This document shows, in pieces, positions 47,474 to 57,238 of a DNA stretch of 64,000 bases (positions within the stretch are counted from its first letter, which is position 1; each line of letters begins with the position of its first letter). Location: positions 1 through 64,000 of the IMG/VR virus record IMGVR_UViG_3300021519_000877; one strand, 5' to 3'. Under the pieces are notes generated by a model. The model did no database searches, was not told the origin of the DNA, and saw nothing but the letters and a program-made list of their open reading frames with translations. Origin of the DNA: a virus. The translations under genes and the position numbers were made by a program.

Positions 47474-48807
47474 TCTCTTGTCCTTAGTGCCGAAGTATCT
47501 GGTAGGAACTTACCTGTAAGCCCCAAACTGTCCTTACGTTTGCGCCACTCGTCTTGCATGTCATCTGGAATGTCTGCACGAGTTGAGTCTAATATTTTAA
47601 AGTAAATGTTTAGCAGAGTAATATAATCTGCTGGCTGCATTTTTGCTTTTAGTAATGCGTGTAGTTTGTAATAATCTTCAGCATCGGATGGTTTAATATT
47701 AAAACCCAAACGCTTGCTTAAAACTGCTAATGCTTGCGCAGGATCGCGGGCAATAACTTCGCCAGAGTCTTTATCTTTAACACCACCGATATGACTAAAC
47801 GATAAGCCAGCTACTTGGAATGCTGATAGCATTAGCTGTGTGCGATGCAGACCTTTAACATTTGAATGTTCTGGGTAAGCGGCTGAGTGATAGCTAAACT
47901 TTAACCAGTTTAGATCTCCAACCATCCAATCAATTTGCACACCACTACCTACTGGATTGCCTTGCTCGTCTAACTGTGAAAACAATCCAAAGATGTTACC
48001 ATCTGTTACTTTCTTTTCATCACAGAATAGTGTAGGTGCATGTGCGTTGATATAACGTGTAAGCAATTTTAAAAATGCTTTCATGCGTAGTTGTTCTGGA
48101 CTGCTTGTTCTTGCTCTTGCTTTAAGTGCTTCAAACTCTTGTGCCACTGCGGCAGGATCTAATCCCCAGGCGGCAATACTTTGGTCACTCATTTCTTTAT
48201 CTAATAAGTCAGTAGCACTAACTCCTAAGTCGATGTCGCCGCTTACTGCTTTCTTACCTACTGAACCTAATGGTACAAAATTCTTTTCACTGAAGATTGC
48301 CGCCTTCTTAGGAAATACACTTTTCAATTCTGAAAAGTATGCGGCTAGGGTTGGTTGAATGTGTTCTCTTTTAATAGAGGTCGTTTTACCTGCAAATACG
48401 TTTCCGCCTTCACTCACTGGTTTTGCCTTTAAAAATTCTGGATACAGTTTATTAAATTCACGCATGATAATACCTGCGTGGACGTTTGCTTCATTTTCTT
48501 CTGGGCTACCTGTTGCACTATCAATATCAACATGGTTGCGATCTTGTTTGGCATGAACTAGCTCGTGTGCTAGGGTGCGTAATGTATCAACTGGTTGACG
48601 ATTAGCAATAGCAAGTTCTAATGAATATGTTTCATTATTGAAACGTCCCATGGTAGGCTGATCGCCATGCGATAGAGTTTTCTTTAAAATAATAGTTGGC
48701 ATTTTATCCAACTTAAGAATCTTTTTAGCAACCGGCAAGAATACTTTTAGGATTTCTTTAAAATCAGGCTCTGCTTCTTGAGGTTTAAAAAGTTCTGACA
48801 ATAACAT
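47470..48807 (-). CDS. Fusion: zincin-like HEXXH domain + Pol-beta/PolX-like nucleotidyltransferase
   Basis: TLAHELVH..Q...ENEA; then LGSVGKKAVSGDIDL...GVQIDWM. Confidence 0.7.
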   Translation of the reverse strand: MLLSELFKPQEAEPDFKEILKVFLPVAKKILKLDKMPTIILKKTLSHGDQPTMGRFNNETYSLELAIANRQPVDTLRTLAHELVHAKQDRNHVDIDSATGSPEENEANVHAGIIMREFNKLYPEFLKAKPVSEGGNVFAGKTTSIKREHIQPTLAAYFSELKSVFPKKAAIFSEKNFVPLGSVGKKAVSGDIDLGVSATDLLDKEMSDQSIAAWGLDPAAVAQEFEALKARARTSSPEQLRMKAFLKLLTRYINAHAPTLFCDEKKVTDGNIFGLFSQLDEQGNPVGSGVQIDWMVGDLNWLKFSYHSAAYPEHSNVKGLHRTQLMLSAFQVAGLSFSHIGGVKDKDSGEVIARDPAQALAVLSKRLGFNIKPSDAEDYYKLHALLKAKMQPADYITLLNIYFKILDSTRADIPDDMQDEWRKRKDSLGLTGKFLPDTSALRTRE

Positions 48808-48808
48808 C

Positions 48809-49204
48809 TTAGTGTCCTAACTTGTATTCGTCTTTGATAATGTCTTTATGATGATGATCTGCTAATCGTTTGCATAGGTCGATGCGGAATTCTTTGTGGA
48901 ATGTATCTGCAGGATGTCTGTCAACTTCGTGTTCTTTGAAAAACTCCATACAGCCTTCTTTAACCATAGGCATCCACATTTTCCAGTCATGTGTATCTTC
49001 ATCACTATTTTCTTTATGGGATTTTTTGATCTCTTTGGCTAACGGCATAAAGTATTTTTTATGTAGATCGTTATGATCTAAAATATACCAAAATACTTGA
49101 TCTGCAAGTTCTTGTTCTTGTTCTTTTCCAAGAGATTCTGGATCTCTTTCATTAGCCTCGTTAGGGTTATGATTAATGTTGCCAAAAAATTCGTATAGTT
49201 TCAT
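48809..49204 (-). CDS. Hypothetical protein (N-terminus MKLYEFF)
   Basis: 131-aa ORF; TAAATA box at 49241-49236. Confidence 0.6.
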   Translation of the reverse strand: MKLYEFFGNINHNPNEANERDPESLGKEQEQELADQVFWYILDHNDLHKKYFMPLAKEIKKSHKENSDEDTHDWKMWMPMVKEGCMEFFKEHEVDRHPADTFHKEFRIDLCKRLADHHHKDIIKDEYKLGH

Positions 49205-49265
49205 GAGTCTACTTGTCCAAAGTAATATTACCCTATATTTAGTGTATTTTGATATAGGCTAATGA

Positions 49266-49733
49266 TTAAAAATTATACTTAATTGCTTGTAAAGTGCCTC
49301 TGCAGATGTCTAAACGCACCCGAACCCACGCATAATCACCAGTAAACTCTTTTAAATCTGTTTGTATTGGTTTACTAACAGAACCACTAAACCCACCGCT
49401 AATGCCCGCTCCGCCAGTTGTTTCCAACCCAGTGTATGTTTGTTTAGTAAGTTGAAGATCCATCCAGTCGCCTTCTCCAGGATTTGGAGTTTGACTCACT
49501 TGCACCGTGCATGTACCTATAAAAGACCCCTCAATAGTGTATGCTACAGCGTGTGTTCTGTATCCTAACCCGTAATACCCAGCACCTTCTACTCGATTAC
49601 TGACTAATGTAAGAGATGGGTCTGGCTTCCGCCCGTTCACCATTTGCGGCATTGTAATGCTGGGTTGGGTAGTATGCGTATTCGCAGTGCTCCACGGATT
49701 GTAAAATTCAAAGGTCTTACTTAAGAATGGCAT
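49266..49733 (-). CDS. Hypothetical beta-rich protein, possibly virion-associated
   Basis: 155 aa; TAAATA at 49758-49753 and AGGA RBS. Confidence 0.55.
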   Translation of the reverse strand: MPFLSKTFEFYNPWSTANTHTTQPSITMPQMVNGRKPDPSLTLVSNRVEGAGYYGLGYRTHAVAYTIEGSFIGTCTVQVSQTPNPGEGDWMDLQLTKQTYTGLETTGGAGISGGFSGSVSKPIQTDLKEFTGDYAWVRVRLDICRGTLQAIKYNF

Positions 49734-49755
49734 AATTTGTTCCTAGATGCTGTAT

Positions 49756-50412
49756 TTAAGCATCTTGCAGGACAAATTCTTGTACCTTTTTTAGATTATT
49801 ACCTAAAAACATACCCACCATAGTTAATTGCTTTGGATTATCAACATAAACAAATGGATCTTGTAGGTAAGAGTAATCTCCACGCATCCACTTAATTGTA
49901 CCTTTAGATGGTTTAATTGTATCTTTGTAATTTTTTAACCAATCCATAAACTTTAATCGTTGATGTGCTGGCATATTATATCGCAAAAATACCTTATGTG
50001 TGTATCGGTTATACGGCAATTGTTTACACAAGTGCTGTGCCGGTTTAGAACTTAGTTTAACCAAATCTTCAGCGGTAGCTGGCTCTGTTACACTATGAAT
50101 CCATTTTTTAAACTGCTTTTTTACGACCTTATATGTTTCTAAATCAGCACAATACAAATTCATTGTTCCCCATTCTGCTCTAGTTTTAACTCCTAATGCC
50201 TTACATTCTTTAAGAACTTCGGCAAATTTGTATAGATTTATTTTTTCAGTATCGGTAAATTTTTCCCAATGATTAATAATAAGCTCGTTGCGACACCAGG
50301 CCATAGTTTTATCGACGCCCCAGAAGTTCATTCTAGAGGCGCCGCTAATTATAGTTTCTACACGGTAGGGATACTTACCGTAAAACAGTTTATTAGTCTG
50401 ATGAACTTTCAT
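49756..50412 (-). CDS. Hypothetical protein
   Basis: Likely start MKVHQ at 50412, overlapping the end of clpA by 20 nt. Confidence 0.6.
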   Translation of the reverse strand: MKVHQTNKLFYGKYPYRVETIISGASRMNFWGVDKTMAWCRNELIINHWEKFTDTEKINLYKFAEVLKECKALGVKTRAEWGTMNLYCADLETYKVVKKQFKKWIHSVTEPATAEDLVKLSSKPAQHLCKQLPYNRYTHKVFLRYNMPAHQRLKFMDWLKNYKDTIKPSKGTIKWMRGDYSYLQDPFVYVDNPKQLTMVGMFLGNNLKKVQEFVLQDA

Positions 50413-52675
50413 CGTTTTCGATTTCTTCGACCTTTGCTTTGCTTGTGGATAATACTTCAATAAAGTTAAAGGTGAAAGTATCGTTTTCTGCGTCAATCTC
50501 AACTATGCCTCCGTTGACTAATTTTCCAAATAGGATTTCACGGCTTAATGGTTTCTTGATATGTTCATCAATAGCACGACTTAATGGACGAGCTCCCATC
50601 TTCTTATTAAACCCTTTCTTAATTAACAACTCAACTGCTTCTGCTGTAGGTTTAACATGAACATTCTTTTCTTTGATCTGTGCATTAAGTTCGTCAATAA
50701 ACTTCTTAACAATCTTGATCATAGTAGTTTGTTCTAACTTACCAAACTGGATAATGCCATCTAATCGATTGCGGAACTCTGGGTTGAAGTATGTGTTGAT
50801 AGCACCTGTTGCATCTCCATCACGCTCTAAACTACCAAAGCCCACACCGTTCTTTTCATTATCGGCCGCACCTAAGTTACTGGTCATGATCAATATACAG
50901 TTGCGACCGTCTGCTTTCTTACCATTGCTTCCGGTAACAACACCGTTATCCATTAAGCCTAGCAATACATTGCTTACGCTTGGATGGGCTTTTTCAATCT
51001 CATCTAACAATAAGATGCAGTTTGGATGTTCTTGTAGTTTAGTAACAAGTTGTCCAGCATTATCTTCAAAGCCTACATATCCCGGAGGCGCACCAATAAA
51101 CTTAGCTACAGAATGTGCTTCTTGAAACTCACTCATATCAAAACGCACTAGTTGAACACCCATAGACTCAGCTAAGACCTTTGCGGTCTCTGTCTTACCA
51201 CATCCGGTCGGTCCAGTAAACAAGAAGTTACCTACAGGCTTGTTTAATGATTTCAATCCGGCCTGCGAGATATAAATCTTATCTAATAGAATATCGATTG
51301 CTTTATCTTGTCCAAATACCTTACCATGCATATTCTTGTCAAGATTCTTAAGATTACTATTTTCTTTGGCCGCAACTTGTTCTACTGGCAAGTTTGCTTG
51401 TTTAGCAACTTCAAACATAATCTCGTCGTGATCTACAGTGCCACCTACTTCGTCACGAACTTTAAATCTAGCACATGCACAGTCGATAATATCAATTGCT
51501 TTATCTGGCAAGTGCTTGTCAGTAAGATACTTAACTGAGTATTTGACAGAATCAATAATGGCTTGATTAGTAATCTTAACACCGTGGTGTTTTTCGTAAT
51601 ACTTCTTCAAACCTTTAATGATCTTAACCGCCATTGCTTCTGTTGGTTCGTCAATAACCACACGTTGGAAACGGCGCATTAACGCACGATCCTTTTCAAA
51701 GTGCTTACGATATTCTTCCCAAGTAGTTGAAGCAATAACTTTCAACGTACCTTTGGTAAGAGCAGGTTTAAGCATATTGCTCATATCGTTTGAACTGCCA
51801 CCTACAGCACCAGCACCACTCATCATGTGTGCTTCGTCAATAAAGATAATGCTGTTCTTTTTCTTCTCTAAAGCGTTTAACACCATCTTTAAACGTTCTT
51901 CAAAATCTCCACGATACTTGCTTCCTGCAATCATAGCAGAGATATCTAAGTTATAAATTGTGTGATCTTTAAGATACTTAGGAACATTACCTTCTACAAT
52001 CTTACGGGCAAGGCCTTCTGCAATCGCAGTCTTACCTACACCTGGTTCGCCTACCATCATTACATTAGACTTTGTGCGACGAGCCAAAACTAATAGAATA
52101 TCATCAATCTCTTTTTCACGACCGATAACTGGGTCAATTTTCTTTTGTTTAACTTTATTGTTTAGATTGGTACAGAACTGCACAATTACTTTTTCAAGCT
52201 GTGCAGAACCCGCATCTTCAGTAACATTCTCTGCATCAACAATCGAATGTTGATTTGCAAAGTCTAAGAATGCATCTTTGTCAATTTTAGCTTGACGCAT
52301 AAAATGTGCGGCATGACTTTTCTTTTCTGAAAACAAACTAATAAAACAATCCCTAGGTTCAATAGTTGATCGCCCAGCAAACAATACTTGTGTAAACGCA
52401 CGGTTAAGCATACGTTCCATGCTTTGTGTTTTACGTGGACGAGCATCTAACTCATCAACCACAATGTCTTGTAAATCGTCTGCAATAAACTGCTCAAGAT
52501 TTTCTTTAAGTGATTTTAAATCGGCACCGAAATCTCCTAGCACCTGTTCAAATTTTGTATCAATGATCAGACTATATAAAAAATGCTCGAGTGTAATATA
52601 CTCGTGCTTATTTTTAATAGCAAGTTTGACCGCTCTTTCAAATATTGCTTCTAGATCTGAATTTGGTTCTAACAT
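50393..52675 (-). CDS. clpA: ATP-dependent Clp protease ATP-binding subunit ClpA
   Basis: Clp-N (HEYITLEH), [63 protein letters not shown] ClpP-docking loop, MGARPL; no middle domain. Confidence 0.93.
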   Translation of the reverse strand: MLEPNSDLEAIFERAVKLAIKNKHEYITLEHFLYSLIIDTKFEQVLGDFGADLKSLKENLEQFIADDLQDIVVDELDARPRKTQSMERMLNRAFTQVLFAGRSTIEPRDCFISLFSEKKSHAAHFMRQAKIDKDAFLDFANQHSIVDAENVTEDAGSAQLEKVIVQFCTNLNNKVKQKKIDPVIGREKEIDDILLVLARRTKSNVMMVGEPGVGKTAIAEGLARKIVEGNVPKYLKDHTIYNLDISAMIAGSKYRGDFEERLKMVLNALEKKKNSIIFIDEAHMMSGAGAVGGSSNDMSNMLKPALTKGTLKVIASTTWEEYRKHFEKDRALMRRFQRVVIDEPTEAMAVKIIKGLKKYYEKHHGVKITNQAIIDSVKYSVKYLTDKHLPDKAIDIIDCACARFKVRDEVGGTVDHDEIMFEVAKQANLPVEQVAAKENSNLKNLDKNMHGKVFGQDKAIDILLDKIYISQAGLKSLNKPVGNFLFTGPTGCGKTETAKVLAESMGVQLVRFDMSEFQEAHSVAKFIGAPPGYVGFEDNAGQLVTKLQEHPNCILLLDEIEKAHPSVSNVLLGLMDNGVVTGSNGKKADGRNCILIMTSNLGAADNEKNGVGFGSLERDGDATGAINTYFNPEFRNRLDGIIQFGKLEQTTMIKIVKKFIDELNAQIKEKNVHVKPTAEAVELLIKKGFNKKMGARPLSRAIDEHIKKPLSREILFGKLVNGGIVEIDAENDTFTFNFIEVLSTSKAKVEEIENDESSSD

Positions 52676-52676
52676 C

Positions 52677-53165
52677 TTATTTCCTTTTAGATTTTTTAAC
52701 ACCCATAGCCCATTTTATTGAGCTAACTCTGTCTTGAAAAACAACTCCTTCCAAATGATCCAATTCATGCAAAAAACACTTGCACTCATAACCACGGAAT
52801 TCGCCCTCCATTGCTTCACCTTTTGAATTCTGCCAACGAGCTTTAATTGCTGTTGGACGCTTTATATTAACATAAATTCCGGGAAAACTCAAGCACCCTT
52901 CTTCTAAGTCTTCAATAACATCTGTATTAGATACTACTTCTGGATTAAAAAATGCCATTCCGTGTTCTGGACGATCTCTGTGTCCCATAGTAAACACACG
53001 AGCTTGAATACCGACCTGATTGGCGGCTAGCCCAATACCGTCATAACGATACATAGTTTCTAGCATGTCTTTTTCTAATTGGACAGGATCTATACTTGGA
53101 TTCTGGAAATCAAATTCTGGAATCTTTTCACGGAGGATTGTGTTGGGAAATTTTATAATGTTCAT
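52677..53165 (-). CDS. def: Peptide deformylase
   Basis: GIGLAANQ, EGCLS, HELDH motifs. Confidence 0.95.
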   Translation of the reverse strand: MNIIKFPNTILREKIPEFDFQNPSIDPVQLEKDMLETMYRYDGIGLAANQVGIQARVFTMGHRDRPEHGMAFFNPEVVSNTDVIEDLEEGCLSFPGIYVNIKRPTAIKARWQNSKGEAMEGEFRGYECKCFLHELDHLEGVVFQDRVSSIKWAMGVKKSKRK

Positions 53166-53983
53166 GTTATATTTAATTTACGTAAATTATCTTTCTGCTC
53201 ATCTGAGAGCGTAGGAGTTACTATTTTAACTTTAACAATTAATCGCCCTCTGCGACTAGGGTCATTAAAATTAGGCATGCCATACCCACTAAGGCCGATC
53301 ATAGATTCGTTTTGAATGCCGCCTGGAATATTAGTTTCCAATTGTTTGTCGTCAATACTAGTAAGTGTAACTGTGGTGCCTAACATTGCATCAATGCTAC
53401 TAATAGTAACTTCTTGAAATAAGTCATCACCTTGACGCACAAATTTAGGATGATCCATAATATGTACATTTAACAGTATATCCCCTCGAGGTAATTCTTT
53501 AACGGAATCATCACCCATTCCGGATAAACGTAGTGTTGTTCCTTCGTGTATTCCACGAGGAATTTTAATGTTAACAGTCTGTTCTTTACCGCTGGGTAAA
53601 TTTATATTAGCAATAAGCTCTTTGCCCCAAAACGCATCTTCTAAACTTACACTAGTTTGTAGTTGAACATTGCGATTGGTTGCTTGTCTGCGTTGTTGAC
53701 GGAATCCAAATATATCACCAAATGGATGACCTTGCCCGAACATTTGTTCAAAGCCGCCAGGCCCATTAAAATCAAAATGGAAGCCTTGTGGCTGTGGGTT
53801 ATCGTATTGGGCACGTTTTTCTGGATCGCTTAGAATAGCGTAGGCTGCCTGAAGCTCTTGAAACTTATTTTTATCGCCACCCTTGTCTGGATGATGTTGG
53901 CTGGCCAGTTTGCGATATGCTCGTTTGATATCGTCATCTGTTGCAGATTTTGGGACACCTAAGGTATTGTAATAGTCGCTCAT
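53162..53983 (-). CDS. dnaJ: DnaJ/CbpA-type (class II) co-chaperone
   Basis: J domain with HPD, G/F region, C-terminal domain, no zinc finger. Confidence 0.9.
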   Translation of the reverse strand: MSDYYNTLGVPKSATDDDIKRAYRKLASQHHPDKGGDKNKFQELQAAYAILSDPEKRAQYDNPQPQGFHFDFNGPGGFEQMFGQGHPFGDIFGFRQQRRQATNRNVQLQTSVSLEDAFWGKELIANINLPSGKEQTVNIKIPRGIHEGTTLRLSGMGDDSVKELPRGDILLNVHIMDHPKFVRQGDDLFQEVTISSIDAMLGTTVTLTSIDDKQLETNIPGGIQNESMIGLSGYGMPNFNDPSRRGRLIVKVKIVTPTLSDEQKDNLRKLNIT

Positions 53984-53995
53984 AGTAATATATTA

Positions 53996-54024
53996 ATTAT
54001 ACTACCTTTGTTAAATTATGTCAA
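53996..54024 (-). promoter_or_regulatory. Sigma70-type promoter
   Basis: TTGACA-N17-TATAAT upstream of dnaJ-def-clpA. Confidence 0.85.
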
Positions 54025-54327
54025 CTATTTGGGAGAGTCGATGCCTTGATTCATAGCAGTGATCTTTTCTTGTCCACGGCTCCAAGCCGCAACACCTAAT
54101 ACTGCGCCCATAGCCGCATGGAACAGTCCACCACCTTTAAGAGTTAGTGGTTCCCACTCTACACCGATAACTCCTTGGTGATCGTATGCTTGAATAGCGG
54201 TCCATAGGATCGGAAAAATAATAAAATCAAAAATACATACAGCCATATACATCCACCCCATCATTGGGCGCCACCTTGCTGACAACCAGTCGTTACTTGG
54301 TGCTGATGTCGAAGATTCTATTGCCAT
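54025..54327 (-). CDS. Putative holin (GTA 3TM-holin-like)
   Basis: WRP.MGWMY...F.I.P and hydrophobic GAVLGV..W.RG.EK pattern; next to spanins. Confidence 0.65.
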   Translation of the reverse strand: MAIESSTSAPSNDWLSARWRPMMGWMYMAVCIFDFIIFPILWTAIQAYDHQGVIGVEWEPLTLKGGGLFHAAMGAVLGVAAWSRGQEKITAMNQGIDSPK

Positions 54328-54590
54328 TATTTCGCTCCGTCAAATATTTTCTTTTGGTCTACATACCATTGTTGCCAACCTTTTAACTGCGTAGCAACTT
54401 CATTGTATGTTCCATAATTTTCTACTACTGTGTCGAATATTACACTTGCGCTAGCACCTGCGGGAATTTCTTTAAGTGCAGGCGGTGGTGTTTGTAGTGT
54501 GTCGCTAGCCTTTGGAAAGTTTTGGGTAACTGGAACAGTCATACATCCAACTAGCCCAAATACGCAAAGAGCAATTAATAAACGTTTCAT
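54327..54590 (-). CDS. Putative o-spanin (outer-membrane lipoprotein)
   Basis: Signal peptide with lipobox LVGC, Pro-rich segment; overlaps i-spanin end by 4 nt. Confidence 0.7.
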   Translation of the reverse strand: MKRLLIALCVFGLVGCMTVPVTQNFPKASDTLQTPPPALKEIPAGASASVIFDTVVENYGTYNEVATQLKGWQQWYVDQKKIFDGAK

Positions 54591-55033
54591 TTTTTAATTT
54601 CCTTACGATTCTTGGCAGCATCATTTAATATATCAATAACTCCTTGATTAACAGTGCATTGTTTGTCTAGTTGACCAGCAAGTTCTTGTAGTCGCTTTTT
54701 ATTAGTTTCGGTAATATCTTTAATGCGAGCTTGTTCTTTAAGAATCTGCTCTGCTAATTTTGTATTAGCTTCTGCTGCCGCTGTTTCTGAACGGCTAATC
54801 TTTAACTGCATTTCAGCAATGCGAACCTTGTATTCAGCATCTTTAGCAATGCCGCCTTCATACCATACAGCAACAACAGTTAGAATAATACCAGCAACTT
54901 GGATAGGAAGTTTATATTGTGAAACAAATGGAATAAATGATAATACAAAACTAGCGCCAATCGCAATAACACCCACCAATAACATTAGATGGAAAACGAA
55001 ATCAGGAAGCCAATTTAATAACCACATTACCAA
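54587..55033 (-). CDS. Putative i-spanin
   Basis: N-terminal TM helices followed by coiled coil and a C-terminal Cys; directly upstream of the lipoprotein. Confidence 0.65.
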   Translation of the reverse strand: MVMWLLNWLPDFVFHLMLLVGVIAIGASFVLSFIPFVSQYKLPIQVAGIILTVVAVWYEGGIAKDAEYKVRIAEMQLKISRSETAAAEANTKLAEQILKEQARIKDITETNKKRLQELAGQLDKQCTVNQGVIDILNDAAKNRKEIKK

Positions 55034-55803
55034 ATACTCTTTTGTAGAATAACAGCCTTGTCACCATTACGGATTAAGAAATGACCTTCTATTTTATTAA
55101 TATCGTAATTGCCCAAATACTTGTTTAAAAATAATACCTGGCCTCTGCTAGATTCGTCAAGCTGAAGTGCGCCTCTGAGTGCGTTCTTTAATGTATTGTA
55201 TTCGCCTATGGCGATGAATTTTGCAGTTAGTGGGCCAGCATAAGATTTAGTAAAAGTAATATTTTTACTTTCGTCCATTTCCACTGAATCGATAGCACCT
55301 TGATCAAAGAAGTCTGTAACTTCACCTGCGTCGGCCCCTTCAATACTATTGCGATATTCTTCTGGACTTAGCGGAACACATTCTTCAATATTTTCTGTAG
55401 TGAAGTCATATCCTTTGATATCTTTGTACCAACGGAATCTCCAATCAGTTCGATCACATAATTGGCTAAGTCCGTTTAATAAATCTTTAATTTGTTCCGG
55501 TGCCTTGGTAGTTCTTTCAAGTTCGACAAATATACTATATTGTCCATCTCTTTCTTCACCTGAGCTAACATCAGCATCTAGAACATAGTTGTAACCACGC
55601 TCAATAAATTCCATCAAATCAATTGCTGGTTCTTTGTCTACCGCACGGAATCGTAGAGTAATAATATCTTCATCATTGCCCATTTTACTTTGGAACTGAT
55701 CAATGGTGAACAGATTGTCAATACAATCTTTTAAGTCTGCATGATGCAGACCTTCCGTTAGATTATTGTCCTTGGATGGGTGCTTGGTCTGGAACTGGTT
55801 CAT
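55027..55803 (-). CDS. Hypothetical protein
   Basis: AGGAGG RBS 10 nt before ATG at 55803. Confidence 0.65.
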   Translation of the reverse strand: MNQFQTKHPSKDNNLTEGLHHADLKDCIDNLFTIDQFQSKMGNDEDIITLRFRAVDKEPAIDLMEFIERGYNYVLDADVSSGEERDGQYSIFVELERTTKAPEQIKDLLNGLSQLCDRTDWRFRWYKDIKGYDFTTENIEECVPLSPEEYRNSIEGADAGEVTDFFDQGAIDSVEMDESKNITFTKSYAGPLTAKFIAIGEYNTLKNALRGALQLDESSRGQVLFLNKYLGNYDINKIEGHFLIRNGDKAVILQKSIW

Positions 55804-56308
55804 TAGGCATTGCCTCCTGGGCTGCGGCATCAGGCGTCATGGCCTGGTTAGGGTTCATTTCAATATGATCACGGACATACTCGCTCTGTTGGCGTTTCTG
55901 ACCTTGATAGATATCTTGCATTAATTTTTTAGGCATAGTGATTGATACAACCCAAATAGGATGTGCATCTACTTTACCTTTCTTTGTGCCAGGACGGAAG
56001 TCACTTGGCTTATAAACTTTACGAGGAACCATTAGGTCTTCTTTCTGATAGGTTACTTTACAACCGTAATCTAACAAACGACTTGCCCCAACTGGGTCAG
56101 GCATGTCTTCAAATGGCCACATGAACTTGCAAGTAACTGCATGTCTATGCACTTCCGGTCCATCAACTAACTCGCCGTCTTGCCAATTCTTAAACACATA
56201 CAAATCTAGGTCGTCAATTACACGCTCAAAATCCTTAAGGATTTTAAACGCACTATCGTTAGTTGTTAGCGTTTCTATGGTTTTGATTACGTCTACAATA
56301 TCATGCAT
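55763..56308 (-). CDS. Hypothetical protein
   Basis: Start MHDIVD at 56308; TAAATA box 56334-56329. Confidence 0.65.
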   Translation of the reverse strand: MHDIVDVIKTIETLTTNDSAFKILKDFERVIDDLDLYVFKNWQDGELVDGPEVHRHAVTCKFMWPFEDMPDPVGASRLLDYGCKVTYQKEDLMVPRKVYKPSDFRPGTKKGKVDAHPIWVVSITMPKKLMQDIYQGQKRQQSEYVRDHIEMNPNQAMTPDAAAQEAMPNEPVPDQAPIQGQ

Positions 56309-56422
56309 AAAGGTTCTCTTTGATACAATATTTATGCGATTCAAAATAACGGCATTTGAAATGGTTTTTTGAAATACCTGATAACTATATTATGCAGGTC
56401 TCCCAACTAATGGAGGTTCGAT

Positions 56423-57172
56423 TTGTCAAGAAATAGCACAAAAAGACGTAGTCCGCCGCAAGGATCGCGTCAAAACGACAATCAAAACTTAATTGAAATA
56501 AACACTTATTTCAAGAAACAATCGCAAGTCCACATAGTTCCACGCAATACATCGCAGGAACGCTACCTAGAACTACTAAAAAACCCTAAAAAGTTCATCG
56601 TTTTCGCCATCGGCCCAGCCGGAACAGGCAAGACTATGCTTGGAGTTCAAATGGCCATCAAACAGTTAAAAGAGGGGGTGGTTGATAAGATCGTAGTAAC
56701 CCGGCCAGCAGTAAGCGTGGATGAAGAGCATGGCTTTTTGCCAGGTACATTGAATCAAAAAATGGAACCCTGGACTAAGCCAATTATGGATGTATTCCAA
56801 GAATACTACCATACGAAACAAATAGCAGAAATGCTAGAAGAAGGTATTATTGAGATTTCCCCGCTGGCATATATGCGCGGTCGTACGTTCAAGAACGCTT
56901 TTATCGTTGCTGATGAAATGCAGAACGCAACACCTAGCCAGATGAAGATGCTGCTCACACGCTTAGGCGAAGGTAGCAGAATGGTAGTTACTGGGGATTT
57001 AAATCAAGCAGATCGTCCGAAAGAAAACGGATTGCTAGAATTTTGCAGTTTATACGGCCAAGGAGGTGACTATCGTATGATTGCTATGGCGAGGTTTGAA
57101 ACAAAGGACATCGAGCGACATCCAGTGGTAAAAGAAGTTCTATCCATCTACAAGGAAACCGATAGCGAATAA
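56423..57172 (+). CDS. phoH: PhoH-like ATPase
   Basis: GPAGTGKT, TRPAV, GFLPG, PLAYMRGRTF, DEMQN, LTRLG, GDLNQ.D, RH.VV; GGAGG RBS. Confidence 0.95.
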   Translation: MSRNSTKRRSPPQGSRQNDNQNLIEINTYFKKQSQVHIVPRNTSQERYLELLKNPKKFIVFAIGPAGTGKTMLGVQMAIKQLKEGVVDKIVVTRPAVSVDEEHGFLPGTLNQKMEPWTKPIMDVFQEYYHTKQIAEMLEEGIIEISPLAYMRGRTFKNAFIVADEMQNATPSQMKMLLTRLGEGSRMVVTGDLNQADRPKENGLLEFCSLYGQGGDYRMIAMARFETKDIERHPVVKEVLSIYKETDSE

Positions 57173-57193
57173 AACACTAACAAAATTCAACAG

Positions 57194-57237
57194 AAACCGC
57201 ATACATACGACCTGCAAAATCGTGTATGCGGTTTTTT
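57194..57237. terminator. Rho-independent terminator between convergent phoH and clamp loader
   Basis: AAACCGCATAC..ACGA-loop-TCGT-GTATGCGGTTTTTT long hairpin with U-tract. Confidence 0.85.
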
Positions 57238-57238
57238 A

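Noticed and set aside
56423-57172. phoH as a novel finding
   Set aside because: Common in large phages; nothing unusual beyond its opposite orientation.
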